Shown: in pieces, positions 10,906-21,192 of the stretch
Layout of the letters: each line of letters starts with the position of its first letter
How positions within the stretch are numbered: the first letter of the stretch is position 1
DNA from: Chloropicon primus
Lineage: Eukaryota
DNA length: 64,000 nt
NCBI GenBank assembly: GCA_023205875.1
Contig: CP060759.1
Span: forward strand, 124,001 to 188,000
Direction: 5' to 3'
Position numbers and translations under genes: made by a program
Notes under the pieces: model-generated
Told to the model about the DNA's origin: nothing
Database searches by the model: none
What the model saw: the letters and a program-made list of their open reading frames with translations, nothing else

Positions 10906-11556
10906 CTAGTAGGGGCGCAGCGACAACAAGGTCACGTCCACGAGGAGAGGGGTTTGCGCCCCAACCTTCTTGCCAAAGAGCTTGCCACCTCCCACATTCT
11001 CGATGACCGTGTCTGGTCCAAAGGCAAACTGTCTACGCTCGCCAACGATCATCTGGTTCACCCCGCCCACCTCGTCCTCGAGCGCTTGTCGTATGCCGAC
11101 TTGGTAGGCCCACTCCGCCTTGCCGAGCTCGTCCGTGCCGTGGATCCTCTGCCCTTGCTCGTTGTACACAGCAAAAGTGACTGCGACGAAGGGAAACGTC
11201 TTAAAGGCTTCGGGTGGATCGAAGATCCCCGCGGCGCTGTCGCCTTCCCCTCTCCGCAGGACGCGGTACTTGAAGTCCCCCGACGGACCCGAGGACCGCC
11301 AGCCATCGGAGGGGGCTAGGCCGTCCAAGTCCCACGCCGGTATGGTCGCCTCCTCCGCCCTCGCGGCGGGTGGTGGTGTGGTGGCCCCGAATTCAGTCCC
11401 CACAGTCCCAAGAAGGCCGCCCAGGAGCGTCCGGCGAGTCAACGAAACGCGGTCGAGCGACCTGCACGACGGCACCTTTCCCCACCGTCGCGAGGTCGGT
11501 GGCACAGCACGCGTGGTCGCCCCGCCCCTCACGCACGGACCCCCGACGACGCCCAT
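10906..11556 (-). CDS. Thylakoid-lumen FKBP-type immunophilin (divergent)
   Basis: Transit peptide plus twin-arginine signal (TRRTLLGG...ARA|EE). FKBP-like KYRVLRRGEG, GVNQMIVGERR and PLLVDVTLL. Confidence 0.7.
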   Translation of the reverse strand: MGVVGGPCVRGGATTRAVPPTSRRWGKVPSCRSLDRVSLTRRTLLGGLLGTVGTEFGATTPPPAARAEEATIPAWDLDGLAPSDGWRSSGPSGDFKYRVLRRGEGDSAAGIFDPPEAFKTFPFVAVTFAVYNEQGQRIHGTDELGKAEWAYQVGIRQALEDEVGGVNQMIVGERRQFAFGPDTVIENVGGGKLFGKKVGAQTPLLVDVTLLSLRPY

Positions 11557-11872
11557 CTCCCTGCAGACTCGTCCCTGGCCTCAATTCCAAGGCTACCTTC
11601 TCTCTCCAGGGGTCAAATCCGTCAAGTGCGGTGTCCAATGAAAGATCCCGAGGCACGCCTTGGTCACAAAACAACCACGAGCACTCTTCCAACCTTCCCT
11701 CCCCCTCCTCGTCCTCCAAAGGTGCTCATCAACCCCTCCTCGTCCTCCAAAGGTGCTCGATGATTGTGTTCCAGGTTTGGATAAGGCAGCATTCGAGAGC
11801 CACAAAAAACAAAAAGCGGAGCGAGCGGCGCACTCGACGGAGAGGACGAGAGACGAGAGAGACACGAGGGAG

Positions 11873-12533
11873 ATGAGAGGTCAGGTTGGCATGGCGCTTG
11901 GACGGAACGTGGGGTGCGCGAGGCCCGTCAGAAGGGCGGCGCCTTTCACGACGGGAAGAAGAACGGTAAGTGAGCGAGTGAGGAAAGATAGAGGGGCCCA
12001 AACGGAGCCGAGGTTTTTTGTTGTTGTTGCTCTTTTTGTGTGTCTTGCGGCTTTGTTTTTCGGGCCCGCGTCGTGATGAGAGCTTCGGTTCGTCTGACGC
12101 GTAGACATGTGTCTGCTTTCCTTTGTTTGCTCCTCTGCGGGAACGACTGAACGAAAAGGTGGCCGCCCGGGCCGCGACGGCGGACATGGGCGCCCTGAGA
12201 AAGCTGAGCGACGCTCAGCTGGACGCCCAGGTGAAGGAGAGCAAGACGGAGATCATCAAGCTGGAGATGAAGAAGGCGTCCAGGCAGGAGTTCAAGCCTC
12301 ACGAGATAAAGGTGCATAAGAAGAAGGTCGCGCAGCTTCTGACGGTGAAGCGCGAGAGGGAGATTGAACAGGGCGTCAGCAAGAGAGAGTCCAGGAGGGC
12401 CGAGAAGAACGCGGCGCTCGACAAGTACAAGAAGCAGCTTCAGCAGGCGAACATCGTGATCCAGAGGCCAAAGAGTACCAAGCTGAGGTGGCAGAAGAGG
12501 GAGGCTGCGAGGGCCGCCGCCAGCGAGAAGTGA
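11873..12533 (+). CDS. RPL29: Plastid 50S ribosomal protein L29 (uL29c); exons 11873-11965 and 12159-12533
   Basis: LRKLSDAQLDAQV...FKPHEIKVHKKKVAQLLTVKREREIEQG. Transit-peptide exon ends at a GTAAGT donor (11966). AG at 12157-12158 gives in-frame RRT|VAARA; an alternative in-frame acceptor exists at 12104. Confidence 0.9.
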
Positions 12534-12720
12534 AGAGTCCACCGCGAACGAGCGACGTCGACGCTCCTTGGCGTTGTCACCCCCCTCCCCCTTGTTCTCA
12601 AAGGGAGGCGCGGGGCGGGGCGGGGGCGGGGGCAGCGGGGCCTTTCCCGAGAAAAGAAACGTGTAATAATTAGGCTAGGATATATTCCCTTTTGCTTTTC
12701 GTCGTCTGTCGTTTATATTT

Positions 12721-14129
12721 TCACGCCATGAAAACGATGAAGAGCACAGCGAACAGCAAGAGGACGGAGAACACCTTCATCGCAAGCCACCTGTTCGAAG
12801 ATATCGTCTTGTAGTACTTCATGAGCTGAGCTTGGGCTCCTTCCACGTTGGTCACCGTCTCGTCCACGTTCTCATCGATCCTCACCGCCATCTCCCCCTG
12901 CTCTTGCACCATGTGAGCGAGCTGCTCGAAGATTCCGCCGAGCTCCACAATGGTGCTCTCCACGTTCCTCAGGGCGTCCGCCCTGCTGTCCATGTAAGAA
13001 TCCTCCTGCGGAGCGAGGAGCTGCGACTGCATGCTTTGCCCCTGCCCACCCGGAGCCTGCGCCTTCTGTCCCTCCTGCGGCACGACAAAAGAAAGAAAGG
13101 AAGGAAGTTAGTTTTTAGAGCGCGCGATTGGCGTCAAGAGGAGGGCGCCGGCTTCCTTTCCCAAACGTACCATGTGCGGCTGCATCGTTTGCGAGCCCCC
13201 GTTCGCGTTCGGGTTTTGATTGCTTCTCAGCTGGTTTCTTGGAAGCAGGGGAGGACCCCTCGAGGCGAAGGGCGAGTTCGTCGAAGAAGAGAACATCTTC
13301 CTCCTGTTCTGGTTGTTCTTCAAGTTCTCCGTTCGCAAGGTCAACACGTCCTTGAAACTTTTTGTGGTGTCCTTCAGCCTCGTTCGAAGGTTGTCCACCA
13401 CCGTGGTGGAGTGAGCGCTGCTTTGCTTGTTGTAACTGCCGTCTTTATTCTTGGCGCTAAGTTGCTGAAGGTCTTCTATCGCCCTGTTGAGCCCAGTGAT
13501 GTCCTGCTTCACGATGAGAGTCAGGTCTTGGATCTCCTGGGCAGGGTCGTCGAACATACTGGTCCGCTTGGCGAGCTGAGCCAGCCTGATGAAGAAGAGG
13601 TGTTACGAGTAGAGGCACAGAAAGCAAGTGGGAAGCGCAAGAGAGAGATTGAGAGAGATTGAGAGAACTCGTCAGGCAAGGTCCCTAGGCTGAGCATGGC
13701 GCTCGCGTCCTTCCGTCGCTCCTTCCCACTTACCTCGCGAGTTTGTTTGAAGTACTGTGAATGGCTTGCCCAATACGCGACGCTTTCTTCGCGAACTCGG
13801 ACTGGTTCACCTTCGTCGTCGCGGTGGGTCGCGGGGGCAGAGGACCCGACAGGCCACCATTCGTCGACGTCGCCCCTCCCTGCACAACGTTCCCAACACA
13901 ACACCCAGCATCAACGCATGAGAAAGAGGGAAGAGAGAATGAATGAATGAAAGCATGCATGCATGAGGTGTTTCCTTTCCGTCAGCCCCCCCCAAAAAAC
14001 AAAAAAAAGAAAGGAAAGAACGAGGTACGCCAGAGAGGACCCGACCCTTCCGACGTTCTCGCCACGCCACGTTACCTCATTGCCCAGCCTCTCCGCTATC
14101 GCCAAGAGCTCTTGTGTGCGATCGCGCAT
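12721..14129 (-). CDS. SYP32: Golgi Qa-SNARE syntaxin-5/Sed5 (SYP3); exons 14129-14076, 13879-13734, 13585-13171, 13074-12721
   Basis: N-terminal MRDRTQE motif; SEFAKKASRIG...LAKRTSMFDDPAQEI; SNARE domain VESTIVELGGIFEQLAHMVQEQGEMAVRIDENV; C-terminal TM. GT-AG introns splice in frame (322 aa). Confidence 0.93.
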
Positions 14130-14386
14130 CCTCAACTTGCTTTTGTGCGAAGGAGCGAGCGATCACTTGGGGAGGAGCGTGGCGCGCCGATCGATCGCTT
14201 GGCGGAGAGAGAGAGAGAGAGAGAGAAGGAGAGGGAGGGAGAGGGAAGGTGTTGTGGCGCAGGGGAAGGGTTGCGATCGATCGTGCGTCTCGAGGGCTTT
14301 CGATCGACCCCCACCAGTTGTGTTTTGTGTTTTAAGAGAAGGAGAAGGAGAAGGAGAAGGAGAAGGGGATCCCCTTCACCCAGGCG

Positions 14387-15031
14387 ATGGCAGGAGGGAG
14401 CGTTGGAGGGAGCGTTGTGACGGGAAGGTGGAGGGGAGGGAGGGCGGGGAGGATGAGGATGACGACGGCGACGAAGGAAGGAAGGTGGACGAGACTATTT
14501 TGGAGAGGGGGGGCGAACGGGGCTGGGGAGCATCCGGCGAGGGTGGCCACACCATCCGCTTCGTCGTCGTCCAGGGAGGCTGAGACTCTCCTGACGGAGG
14601 AGATGCCGGGGAGCTCGTACTTCCAGGAGGACGACAGGCCGGTCGTTCTGTTTGACGGAATTTGCAACATGTGCAACGGGGGCGTCAACTTTGTTCTCGA
14701 CTGGGATACTTCGGGCAAGCTGAGAATGGCAGCACTGCAAAGTGAGGCAGGGAAGTCCTTGCTTTTAAGGAGCGGAAGGAGGACGGACGACGTCAGCTCC
14801 ATTGTGCTCGTGGAGAAGGACAAGTTCGCCATCAAATCGGAGGCCGTGTTGAGGATTGCCGAGTTTCTCGACGTGCCCTTCCCTCTCCTTGCTCAGTTCT
14901 TCCTGCCCCTGCCCCTCTTCATCAGGGATACCGTGTATGACCAGATCGCAGCCAACAGGTACTTCTTCTTCGGCAAGTCCAGCGAGTGCAGGCTGAGAGA
15001 TGACACGTTTCAGGACAGATTCATCGAATGA
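14387..15031 (+). CDS. DCC-family thiol-disulfide oxidoreductase (DUF393), probably plastid
   Basis: DxxCxxC motif VVLFDGICNMCNGGVNF; AALQSEAG; RDTVYDQIAANRYFFFG. Confidence 0.9.
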   Translation: MAGGSVGGSVVTGRWRGGRAGRMRMTTATKEGRWTRLFWRGGANGAGEHPARVATPSASSSSREAETLLTEEMPGSSYFQEDDRPVVLFDGICNMCNGGVNFVLDWDTSGKLRMAALQSEAGKSLLLRSGRRTDDVSSIVLVEKDKFAIKSEAVLRIAEFLDVPFPLLAQFFLPLPLFIRDTVYDQIAANRYFFFGKSSECRLRDDTFQDRFIE

Positions 15032-15091
15032 TCGGGGGCGCTGGCTTCGTTTTATGAATGTTTCAGTATATATTATATATGGAACATAGTT

Positions 15092-15430
15092 TGCCTTGTG
15101 CTGGCGCACCTCATTCTCCACGATCACGACTCGATCCCCGTACTTTTCGAAGAACTCCTTGGTGCTTCCTATGGAGTCGGCAGGGACCCTGAGGATGGGC
15201 ACGATGTCGAGCTCCCTCTTGGCCGGGTAACTCGTGCCCCCGCCCAAGACAAAGTGCAGTCCAAAAAAAAGGCCCAAGAATCCAAGAGCCACCATCATCT
15301 TTCCCCTCTCTTTGTTGCACAACAGGGACTCGGCCTGGCCGCTGCGAGCACCAGGGGAAGCTCCACCGGAGAAGTGGAGCGGGGAGTAACTCGCCCCGCT
15401 CCTGTCCTGCACCGACGAAGAGTGCCTCAT
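15092..15430 (-). pseudogene. Truncated 5' fragment of a JmjC paralog (signal anchor plus start of the conserved region only)
   Basis: Translates ...MMVALGFLGLFFGLHFVL...IVPILRVPADSIGSTKEFFEKYGDRVVIVENEVRQH, matching VVPIPRIKSDSIGSTKEFFDKYGDQVVIVENEVRHH of the 15671 gene. Homology stops abruptly near 15095. Confidence 0.75.
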
Positions 15431-15592
15431 CCTCTTGATGATGGTCTGTCACTTTCGACAGAACGAAACCGACTTTGTCCATGAGATGAGAGCACCCAGA
15501 GCAGTGCAGTGGTCGGTGATGACAGCAGCGAGGAGAGAGGAGAGGAACCGGAAGAGAGAGGAGGAGAGGTGGGGGAGAAGAGAGCGAGGGCC

Positions 15593-15623
<31 letters not shown>

Positions 15624-15670
15624 TCGATCCGACCGAGCGGGCCGACTTTTGCTGAGGTCTGCTTTGCGAC

Positions 15671-17155
15671 ATGTTCCTCAAGGAAGAGAAGCGCGTGTCC
15701 AAGACAAGGACGCGGATGTTGGATTACGACCACGACCACGACGACAAAAAGGAGAGGGGATGGAGGAGGGGGAGCGTGTTTCCGTACATCGCGTCGTTCG
15801 CCCTAATCGCTGTGCTGGCGTGGTACGGCTCGGCAGAGGACTACTTCACGTGGCTGCCAGAGGTCGAGCAGGAGAGGCTGACCGTGGTGCCGATACCAAG
15901 GATTAAGTCTGACTCCATAGGCAGCACCAAGGAGTTCTTCGACAAGTACGGGGATCAAGTCGTGATCGTGGAGAATGAGGTGCGCCACCACCCGGCGTCC
16001 AAGCTTGGCTGGCAGGGGCTGAAGGACCTGTGCGGCGGAGGGACAGTGCATACGAATCTGTACGATCCGAACAGCACGGCGTGGGGAGGTCAGACCGACC
16101 ACGTTCAGATGCTGCTGGGGGAATACTTGGACAAGTACATCATCGGCGAGAGCGAGGAGCTACGTTACGTCGGGGGCGACACGGGCATGCCAGAGTTCTG
16201 CCCGTCGCTGGAGTTCTACGCTCCCATCCCGAGGTACGTCGCCCTCGCCCTGTCGCCCATGGACGGCCTCTTGGTCAACCACGACGAGAATTGTGAGGCG
16301 AGCGCCGTGGGCTGCGAAAAAGCCGTTTTGATTGGGCAGCCCGAGACCTTCATCGGCCGCCCGGGAACGATGACTGAATTGCACATGGACGCCTGGCTCG
16401 TGCCCTTTTGGATGAGCGTGTACATCGGGAGAAAAACCTTCCGAACCATACGTTATGAGGATTCCAGGACGCACTTGAATTACTACAGGAAGTTCGCGAG
16501 GGCCGAGAAGAGGGTGTACGACAACTCCACCGGAACGTACGTGACGAAGCAGCTCGAGATCTTCAACCCCGATCTCGAGGTGTTCCCTGAGTTGGAGAAC
16601 GTCAAGGTTTACGAGGGCACGGTGAACGCGGGCGACTGGATTTACCTGCCCCCCGCCACTCTCCACGCCGTGTACAACGACGAGATGTCTTGGGCTCTGA
16701 GCGCGAACTCGCTGTACCCCGCGTTACTCGACAGCTTCGTTGACACTTGCGTGGACGCCGGATTCGCCGCGAATTGCGCCACCATGGTGAAGGAAAGAAC
16801 CCAGTGCCAGGGCGAGATAGAGACGCCGCAGGATCTGAGGAGCTGCCTCGTCGACCACCCTTATTTCCGCAAGTTGATGAGCCGGTACGAGAACGGCGAG
16901 AGCAGGGACATGCTTCTCCACGAGACGCACGACTTTCCAGATTTCAGCAGTTGGTGCAACGCCGCAAGGATCATGGTGGCGTCCTACGAAAAGCAGTACA
17001 GCAAGAGTTTCAGCGAGTACGTGGAGGCCGCGAAGGCGTCGGACCCCTCCTTCGTGTCCGACGAGGAATCTGCGCGCATGCACGTGCAGTGGCGGACGAA
17101 GCAAGCTTCGCTTGGGTTTGTGACCGAGCAGTGCAAGCAGGCAGAGATGGTGTAA
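15671..17155 (+). CDS. JmjC/cupin 2-oxoglutarate-Fe(II) oxygenase with N-terminal membrane anchor
   Basis: HxD (TELHMDAW), GRKTF and distal His (GDWIYLPPATLHAVYN). TM segment FPYIASFALIAVLAWY. Start is 15671 or 15716. Confidence 0.85.
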   Translation: MFLKEEKRVSKTRTRMLDYDHDHDDKKERGWRRGSVFPYIASFALIAVLAWYGSAEDYFTWLPEVEQERLTVVPIPRIKSDSIGSTKEFFDKYGDQVVIVENEVRHHPASKLGWQGLKDLCGGGTVHTNLYDPNSTAWGGQTDHVQMLLGEYLDKYIIGESEELRYVGGDTGMPEFCPSLEFYAPIPRYVALALSPMDGLLVNHDENCEASAVGCEKAVLIGQPETFIGRPGTMTELHMDAWLVPFWMSVYIGRKTFRTIRYEDSRTHLNYYRKFARAEKRVYDNSTGTYVTKQLEIFNPDLEVFPELENVKVYEGTVNAGDWIYLPPATLHAVYNDEMSWALSANSLYPALLDSFVDTCVDAGFAANCATMVKERTQCQGEIETPQDLRSCLVDHPYFRKLMSRYENGESRDMLLHETHDFPDFSSWCNAARIMVASYEKQYSKSFSEYVEAAKASDPSFVSDEESARMHVQWRTKQASLGFVTEQCKQAEMV

Positions 17156-17162
17156 TACAAGT

Positions 17163-17834
17163 TTAGGCGTTCAGCTTGACCCAGACTTCGTTGTGGCGGT
17201 CGATCAGCCTGAAGGGCGAGTCGTAGCCCGCGGTGAAGAAAGTCTCGGCGTCGAAGGGAATGTTGGCCGACCTGAGAGCCTGAAACAAGGCCTTGCCGTT
17301 CGAGATCACCTCCTTCTCGTCGTTCCAACCGGGGTACGAGGCCACGGCCACGGTGACCGGCGGGAGCACGACGTTCTCCACCCTGGGATCCGATGGCTTT
17401 GGCGGGTTGTCCTGAAACTCCTTTGGCACGTAAAAGTGAATGGTGAAGTTTTCCTCGCAAAAAGGTCCCGCGCCCGGAGTGACGGTCGTCATCACAGGGA
17501 CGGTCATGGGGACCTTCTGCTTCTCCTCGTTCTCGCCGGAGATGTACCTGAACAGCCGCATGAAGCCCTCCGACAGCGCCTTGTCCATGTTCTCCCCCGT
17601 CACGGTGGTCGCCGTCCAGTACGACTCGGGGTACGCGCGGACCTCGATCCCGCTGGCGTTCTTCTCGGTGAAGGCAGGACCCTCCAAGCCGTGGTAGAAC
17701 CACGGGGTGGCTCCCACCTCCTGCGCCTCGGCCATGCTCACGGACGACGCCACGAGCAACGCCAATCCAGCAACAGCAGCAGCGACAGCAGCAGCAGCAG
17801 AAGAAGAACCACTTCTTCTAGAAATAAAAACCAT
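17163..17834 (-). CDS. SOUL/HEBP heme-binding protein with signal peptide
   Basis: EVRAYP, GFMRLFRYISGEN, VPMTVPV, PPKPSDPRV, AGYDSPFRLIDRHNEVW. Hydrophobic N-terminal signal. Confidence 0.92.
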   Translation of the reverse strand: MVFISRRSGSSSAAAAVAAAVAGLALLVASSVSMAEAQEVGATPWFYHGLEGPAFTEKNASGIEVRAYPESYWTATTVTGENMDKALSEGFMRLFRYISGENEEKQKVPMTVPVMTTVTPGAGPFCEENFTIHFYVPKEFQDNPPKPSDPRVENVVLPPVTVAVASYPGWNDEKEVISNGKALFQALRSANIPFDAETFFTAGYDSPFRLIDRHNEVWVKLNA

Positions 17835-18400
17835 TTCTATGCTCCTACTAAAATATCTCACTCAATAATGAATTGAAGGAAGGAATGCCCAAACAATTGA
17901 TAAACCTAAACCCTGCAGACGAAACGAAAAAGTCCAAACGTTCGACCGGAGGTTCAGTTAGGCTTCAATACAATGCCGATGCCCCCGTCCCGTCCCGTCC
18001 CGTCAACACACACACACACACACACACACACAGACTCGTACCTTCGTCGTCGTCGTCGTCTTCGCGTATCTTATCGAGTCTCTTGAGCTTCTCCGTGCTT
18101 CTGAGCCACAAGATTTTTGAGAGCCACAATGAGTGTACACAATTTTGTACACTACGATTCACTCTCTCTCGACGGAGGGCGAGCCGCTTGAGGACGGGGC
18201 GGGAAGTGGTGGACTCCAAGGTGGAGTGGAGGGCAACGGTGTGGATAAGGGGTAAAAGCGTTGGGACATTTGGAAGGTTCATCTCTTCCTCTTTCGATCG
18301 ATCCCTCGGTTGGATTATTTGGACCGGATTTGGGTCCAAACCGAAGAGGTTTTCGACAACCCTCCCCCTCCTGCTTGTCCGAGGGTTTTGACTTGACGCG

Positions 18401-21142
18401 ATGAGTTTGTCTCCCGCGGGGGAGTGGTCGGCCTGCGGCGAGAGGTTCTACCACAAGAAGGAGATATACTCTCACGTCGCGGGAGGGACGGGGACGCCTG
18501 GGAAGGCGGGGAGCGTGCTGCCGAGTCCGCCGAGCTCGAGCGGGAGGATACCGACGCCCTTGTACGAGTACAGGGCGGCAGCGTCTCGGTTCGGGGGGCC
18601 AATCGCGCTGATAAGGGACGAGACCTTGCTCCTGGAGGTGGGATCCGTGTACGATCCGAGCCAAAGCGTTCACATAGCGTCCTCGAACGGCAAGCTTTAT
18701 GGCAAGTTCCCGTGGAAGGAGAGCGTCGTGGAGGGCGGAGGGCCTGGCTTGGCGTCCTCCAACAAGGTGCGGAGTAAGGGTCGCCTCGTGGGTTTCGGCT
18801 GGACGTCGTCCCTCGCCCTGCTTTGCGTCGACGACCATGGGAGCGTGTTCCAGTACGACACGCAGGGGGAGTTGCTCCACTCCCACTTCAACGCCCTCTC
18901 CAAGTACAAGAGCACCACCAATCCTTTCGGGGACAGCCCGAACGGGGCTGAGGGCGACGTGGAGTTCGTCGTGACGGATTGCCAAGTGTGGGACGAGGGC
19001 GTCGTGGTCATCGCGACGGAGAGGGACCTCGCCACGGGGGAGAGAGTATCGCGCAGGTGCTTCTCCCTCCTTTGCAGCAGCAGCAACTCCGTGGAGAGCG
19101 GGTTCATGCAGGTGGAGGAGCTCAAGTGCCCAGGATTCGAGCACGGCGACATTCACTCGGTGTGCGTGGCCGAGCCCTTGACCTCCATATCCGGCAAGTT
19201 GGAAGTGTTCCTGGCCGTGGGCGATGGGATCTGCGTGGTGGACGCGCAAAACATGGAGAGGCAGAGCATCGACAAAGGGCCGTTCCTGGAAATGTCTCTC
19301 TGCCCGAACGGCCAGCTTCTCGCGGCGATCAACGAGGATGGGGAGCTCCTTGTGGTGAGCACGGACTTTCAACAGTTTTTGACCGAGTTCCAGACAGACA
19401 TGGACGAGGAGCCAGACCAGCTCGTGTGGTGCGGGGTGGACAGCGTGGTCGCGAGGTGGGAGGAGGAGCTCGTTATGGTCGGGCCCTACGGGGACTGCGT
19501 GAAGTACACGTACGACGACGGAGTGATTTTGATCCCAGAGTGCGACGGGGTGAGGATACTCTCGGACAACGTGGTCGATTTCCTTTACAGGGTCCCGGAC
19601 TGCATGGTGGAGATCTACAGGCCAGGGTCAACAGCCCCCAGCGCCTTGCTTTACGACGCCCGGCAGCACTTTGACAACCAGACGGCCCGCGCGGACGAAA
19701 ACTTGAGGACCATCGGGGATCAGCTGGTGGACGCGATCGACAAGTGCCTCGAGGCCGCCGGCTACACGTTTGATGTGATGGAGCAGAAGAGCCTCCTGAG
19801 GGCAGCGAGTTACGGGCACGTGTTTTGCGCGGAGTACCCGAAAGACAAGTTTAGGGAGATGTGCCAAGCTATTAGAGTTCTGAACAGCGTAAGAGATGCT
19901 CAGGTGGGAATTCCCTTGACCTTGCTGCAGTACCAGGCCCTCACGCCGCAAGTTCTGGTGTCCAGGCTCGCGAACAGCCACCACCACCTGCTGGCTTGCA
20001 GGGTGGCCCAGTACAGCGGGATTGGGATCGAAAGGGTTTTGCACCATTGGGCCAAGATCAAAATTTTGAAGGGGGACGGAATCACGGACCAAGACTTGTG
20101 CGATGTCATCGTGTCCAAGCTCCAGTCGTGTCACGGGTCGAGCATCGCCGGCGTCGCGTCCTATGCCTTCCAAAGGAGCAGGAAGAAGCTTGCAGCGATG
20201 CTGCTTGAGTTTGAGACGAGGGTTAGCAAGCAAGTGCCTCTGCTGCTGGAGATTGGCGAGCTGCAGAGAGCCATCGACAAGGCCATCGAGAGCGGGGATG
20301 CCGATCTGGTTTACTACACGCTGTTCTTCGTCAAGCAGAGAATATCCCTACAGGAGTTCTTGGAGCTCGTCAACCACAGGCCTCAAGCAAGCAGCCTGTT
20401 TATCTCTTACTGCAAGAAGACGGAGAGTGACTCCCTTAAGACGGTCTTGCAGTCGATGGGCAAGCACGAGGACATCGCGAGCACGACTTTTGCCGAGATT
20501 CTCAGCGAGAACAACCCAATTGAGGCCAACGACGATCCGAATAAGTTTGCCAACCTGGTCAGCGGCCTACAAAGGACGGCCGACCTGTACACGTTCACAA
20601 AGGAGCACGCTTTTGAGAGCCGAGCCTGCATTGAGTACGCAAAGTTGCTCAAGACACAGAGGAAGCTTCAGGACACCTCAAGCCACACCCAATACACGGG
20701 CTTGAGTGTCGCAGAATCGATGTCCCAGTGCATCATGCTCGGCAACGCCAGGGCACTGACCCAGCTGAAGAGCGACTTCAAGATTACGGACAGGCAGTTC
20801 TGGTTCCTGAAGATAAGGACGCTGTCGAACGCTCACGATTGGAACACTCTCGCGGACTTCGCCCAGGAGAAAAAGTCGCCCGTGGGCTACCTGCCCTTCT
20901 ACGAGGCTGCAAAGGAGAAGGGCGCACCAAACGCTGTTCTCGCAACCTTCATTCGCAAGATTGGGGACGCCAGGAGCAGGGCCGAGAAGTTCGCGGCGAT
21001 CGGGCTGGTGAATGAGGCCGCGGAGGCTGCCGCTGCCACAAAGGATCAAGACTTGCTCACTCGGATTCGAGATATGGCCGGCACGTCAGTGAACTCCATC
21101 GCGAACAACGCGATTGGTCAATTGAGAGGAAAGTTCGCGTAA
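18401..21142 (+). CDS. VPS16: HOPS/CORVET class C core subunit Vps16
   Basis: 913 aa; AASRFGGPIALIRD, PDQLVWCGVDSV, IPECDGVRI, LRAASYG, VGIPLTLLQY, AIESGDADLVY, KKSPVGYLPF. Confidence 0.95.
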   Translation: MSLSPAGEWSACGERFYHKKEIYSHVAGGTGTPGKAGSVLPSPPSSSGRIPTPLYEYRAAASRFGGPIALIRDETLLLEVGSVYDPSQSVHIASSNGKLYGKFPWKESVVEGGGPGLASSNKVRSKGRLVGFGWTSSLALLCVDDHGSVFQYDTQGELLHSHFNALSKYKSTTNPFGDSPNGAEGDVEFVVTDCQVWDEGVVVIATERDLATGERVSRRCFSLLCSSSNSVESGFMQVEELKCPGFEHGDIHSVCVAEPLTSISGKLEVFLAVGDGICVVDAQNMERQSIDKGPFLEMSLCPNGQLLAAINEDGELLVVSTDFQQFLTEFQTDMDEEPDQLVWCGVDSVVARWEEELVMVGPYGDCVKYTYDDGVILIPECDGVRILSDNVVDFLYRVPDCMVEIYRPGSTAPSALLYDARQHFDNQTARADENLRTIGDQLVDAIDKCLEAAGYTFDVMEQKSLLRAASYGHVFCAEYPKDKFREMCQAIRVLNSVRDAQVGIPLTLLQYQALTPQVLVSRLANSHHHLLACRVAQYSGIGIERVLHHWAKIKILKGDGITDQDLCDVIVSKLQSCHGSSIAGVASYAFQRSRKKLAAMLLEFETRVSKQVPLLLEIGELQRAIDKAIESGDADLVYYTLFFVKQRISLQEFLELVNHRPQASSLFISYCKKTESDSLKTVLQSMGKHEDIASTTFAEILSENNPIEANDDPNKFANLVSGLQRTADLYTFTKEHAFESRACIEYAKLLKTQRKLQDTSSHTQYTGLSVAESMSQCIMLGNARALTQLKSDFKITDRQFWFLKIRTLSNAHDWNTLADFAQEKKSPVGYLPFYEAAKEKGAPNAVLATFIRKIGDARSRAEKFAAIGLVNEAAEAAAATKDQDLLTRIRDMAGTSVNSIANNAIGQLRGKFA

Positions 21143-21192
21143 AGACAGGTGTTGTTGCAAGTAAACCTCGCTCGTTTTTTATTCGCAGGCTT

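Noticed and set aside
17901..17915. Telomere-like AAACCTAAACCCT
   Set aside because: Fewer than two repeats; insufficient for an interstitial telomere or a telomerase template call.
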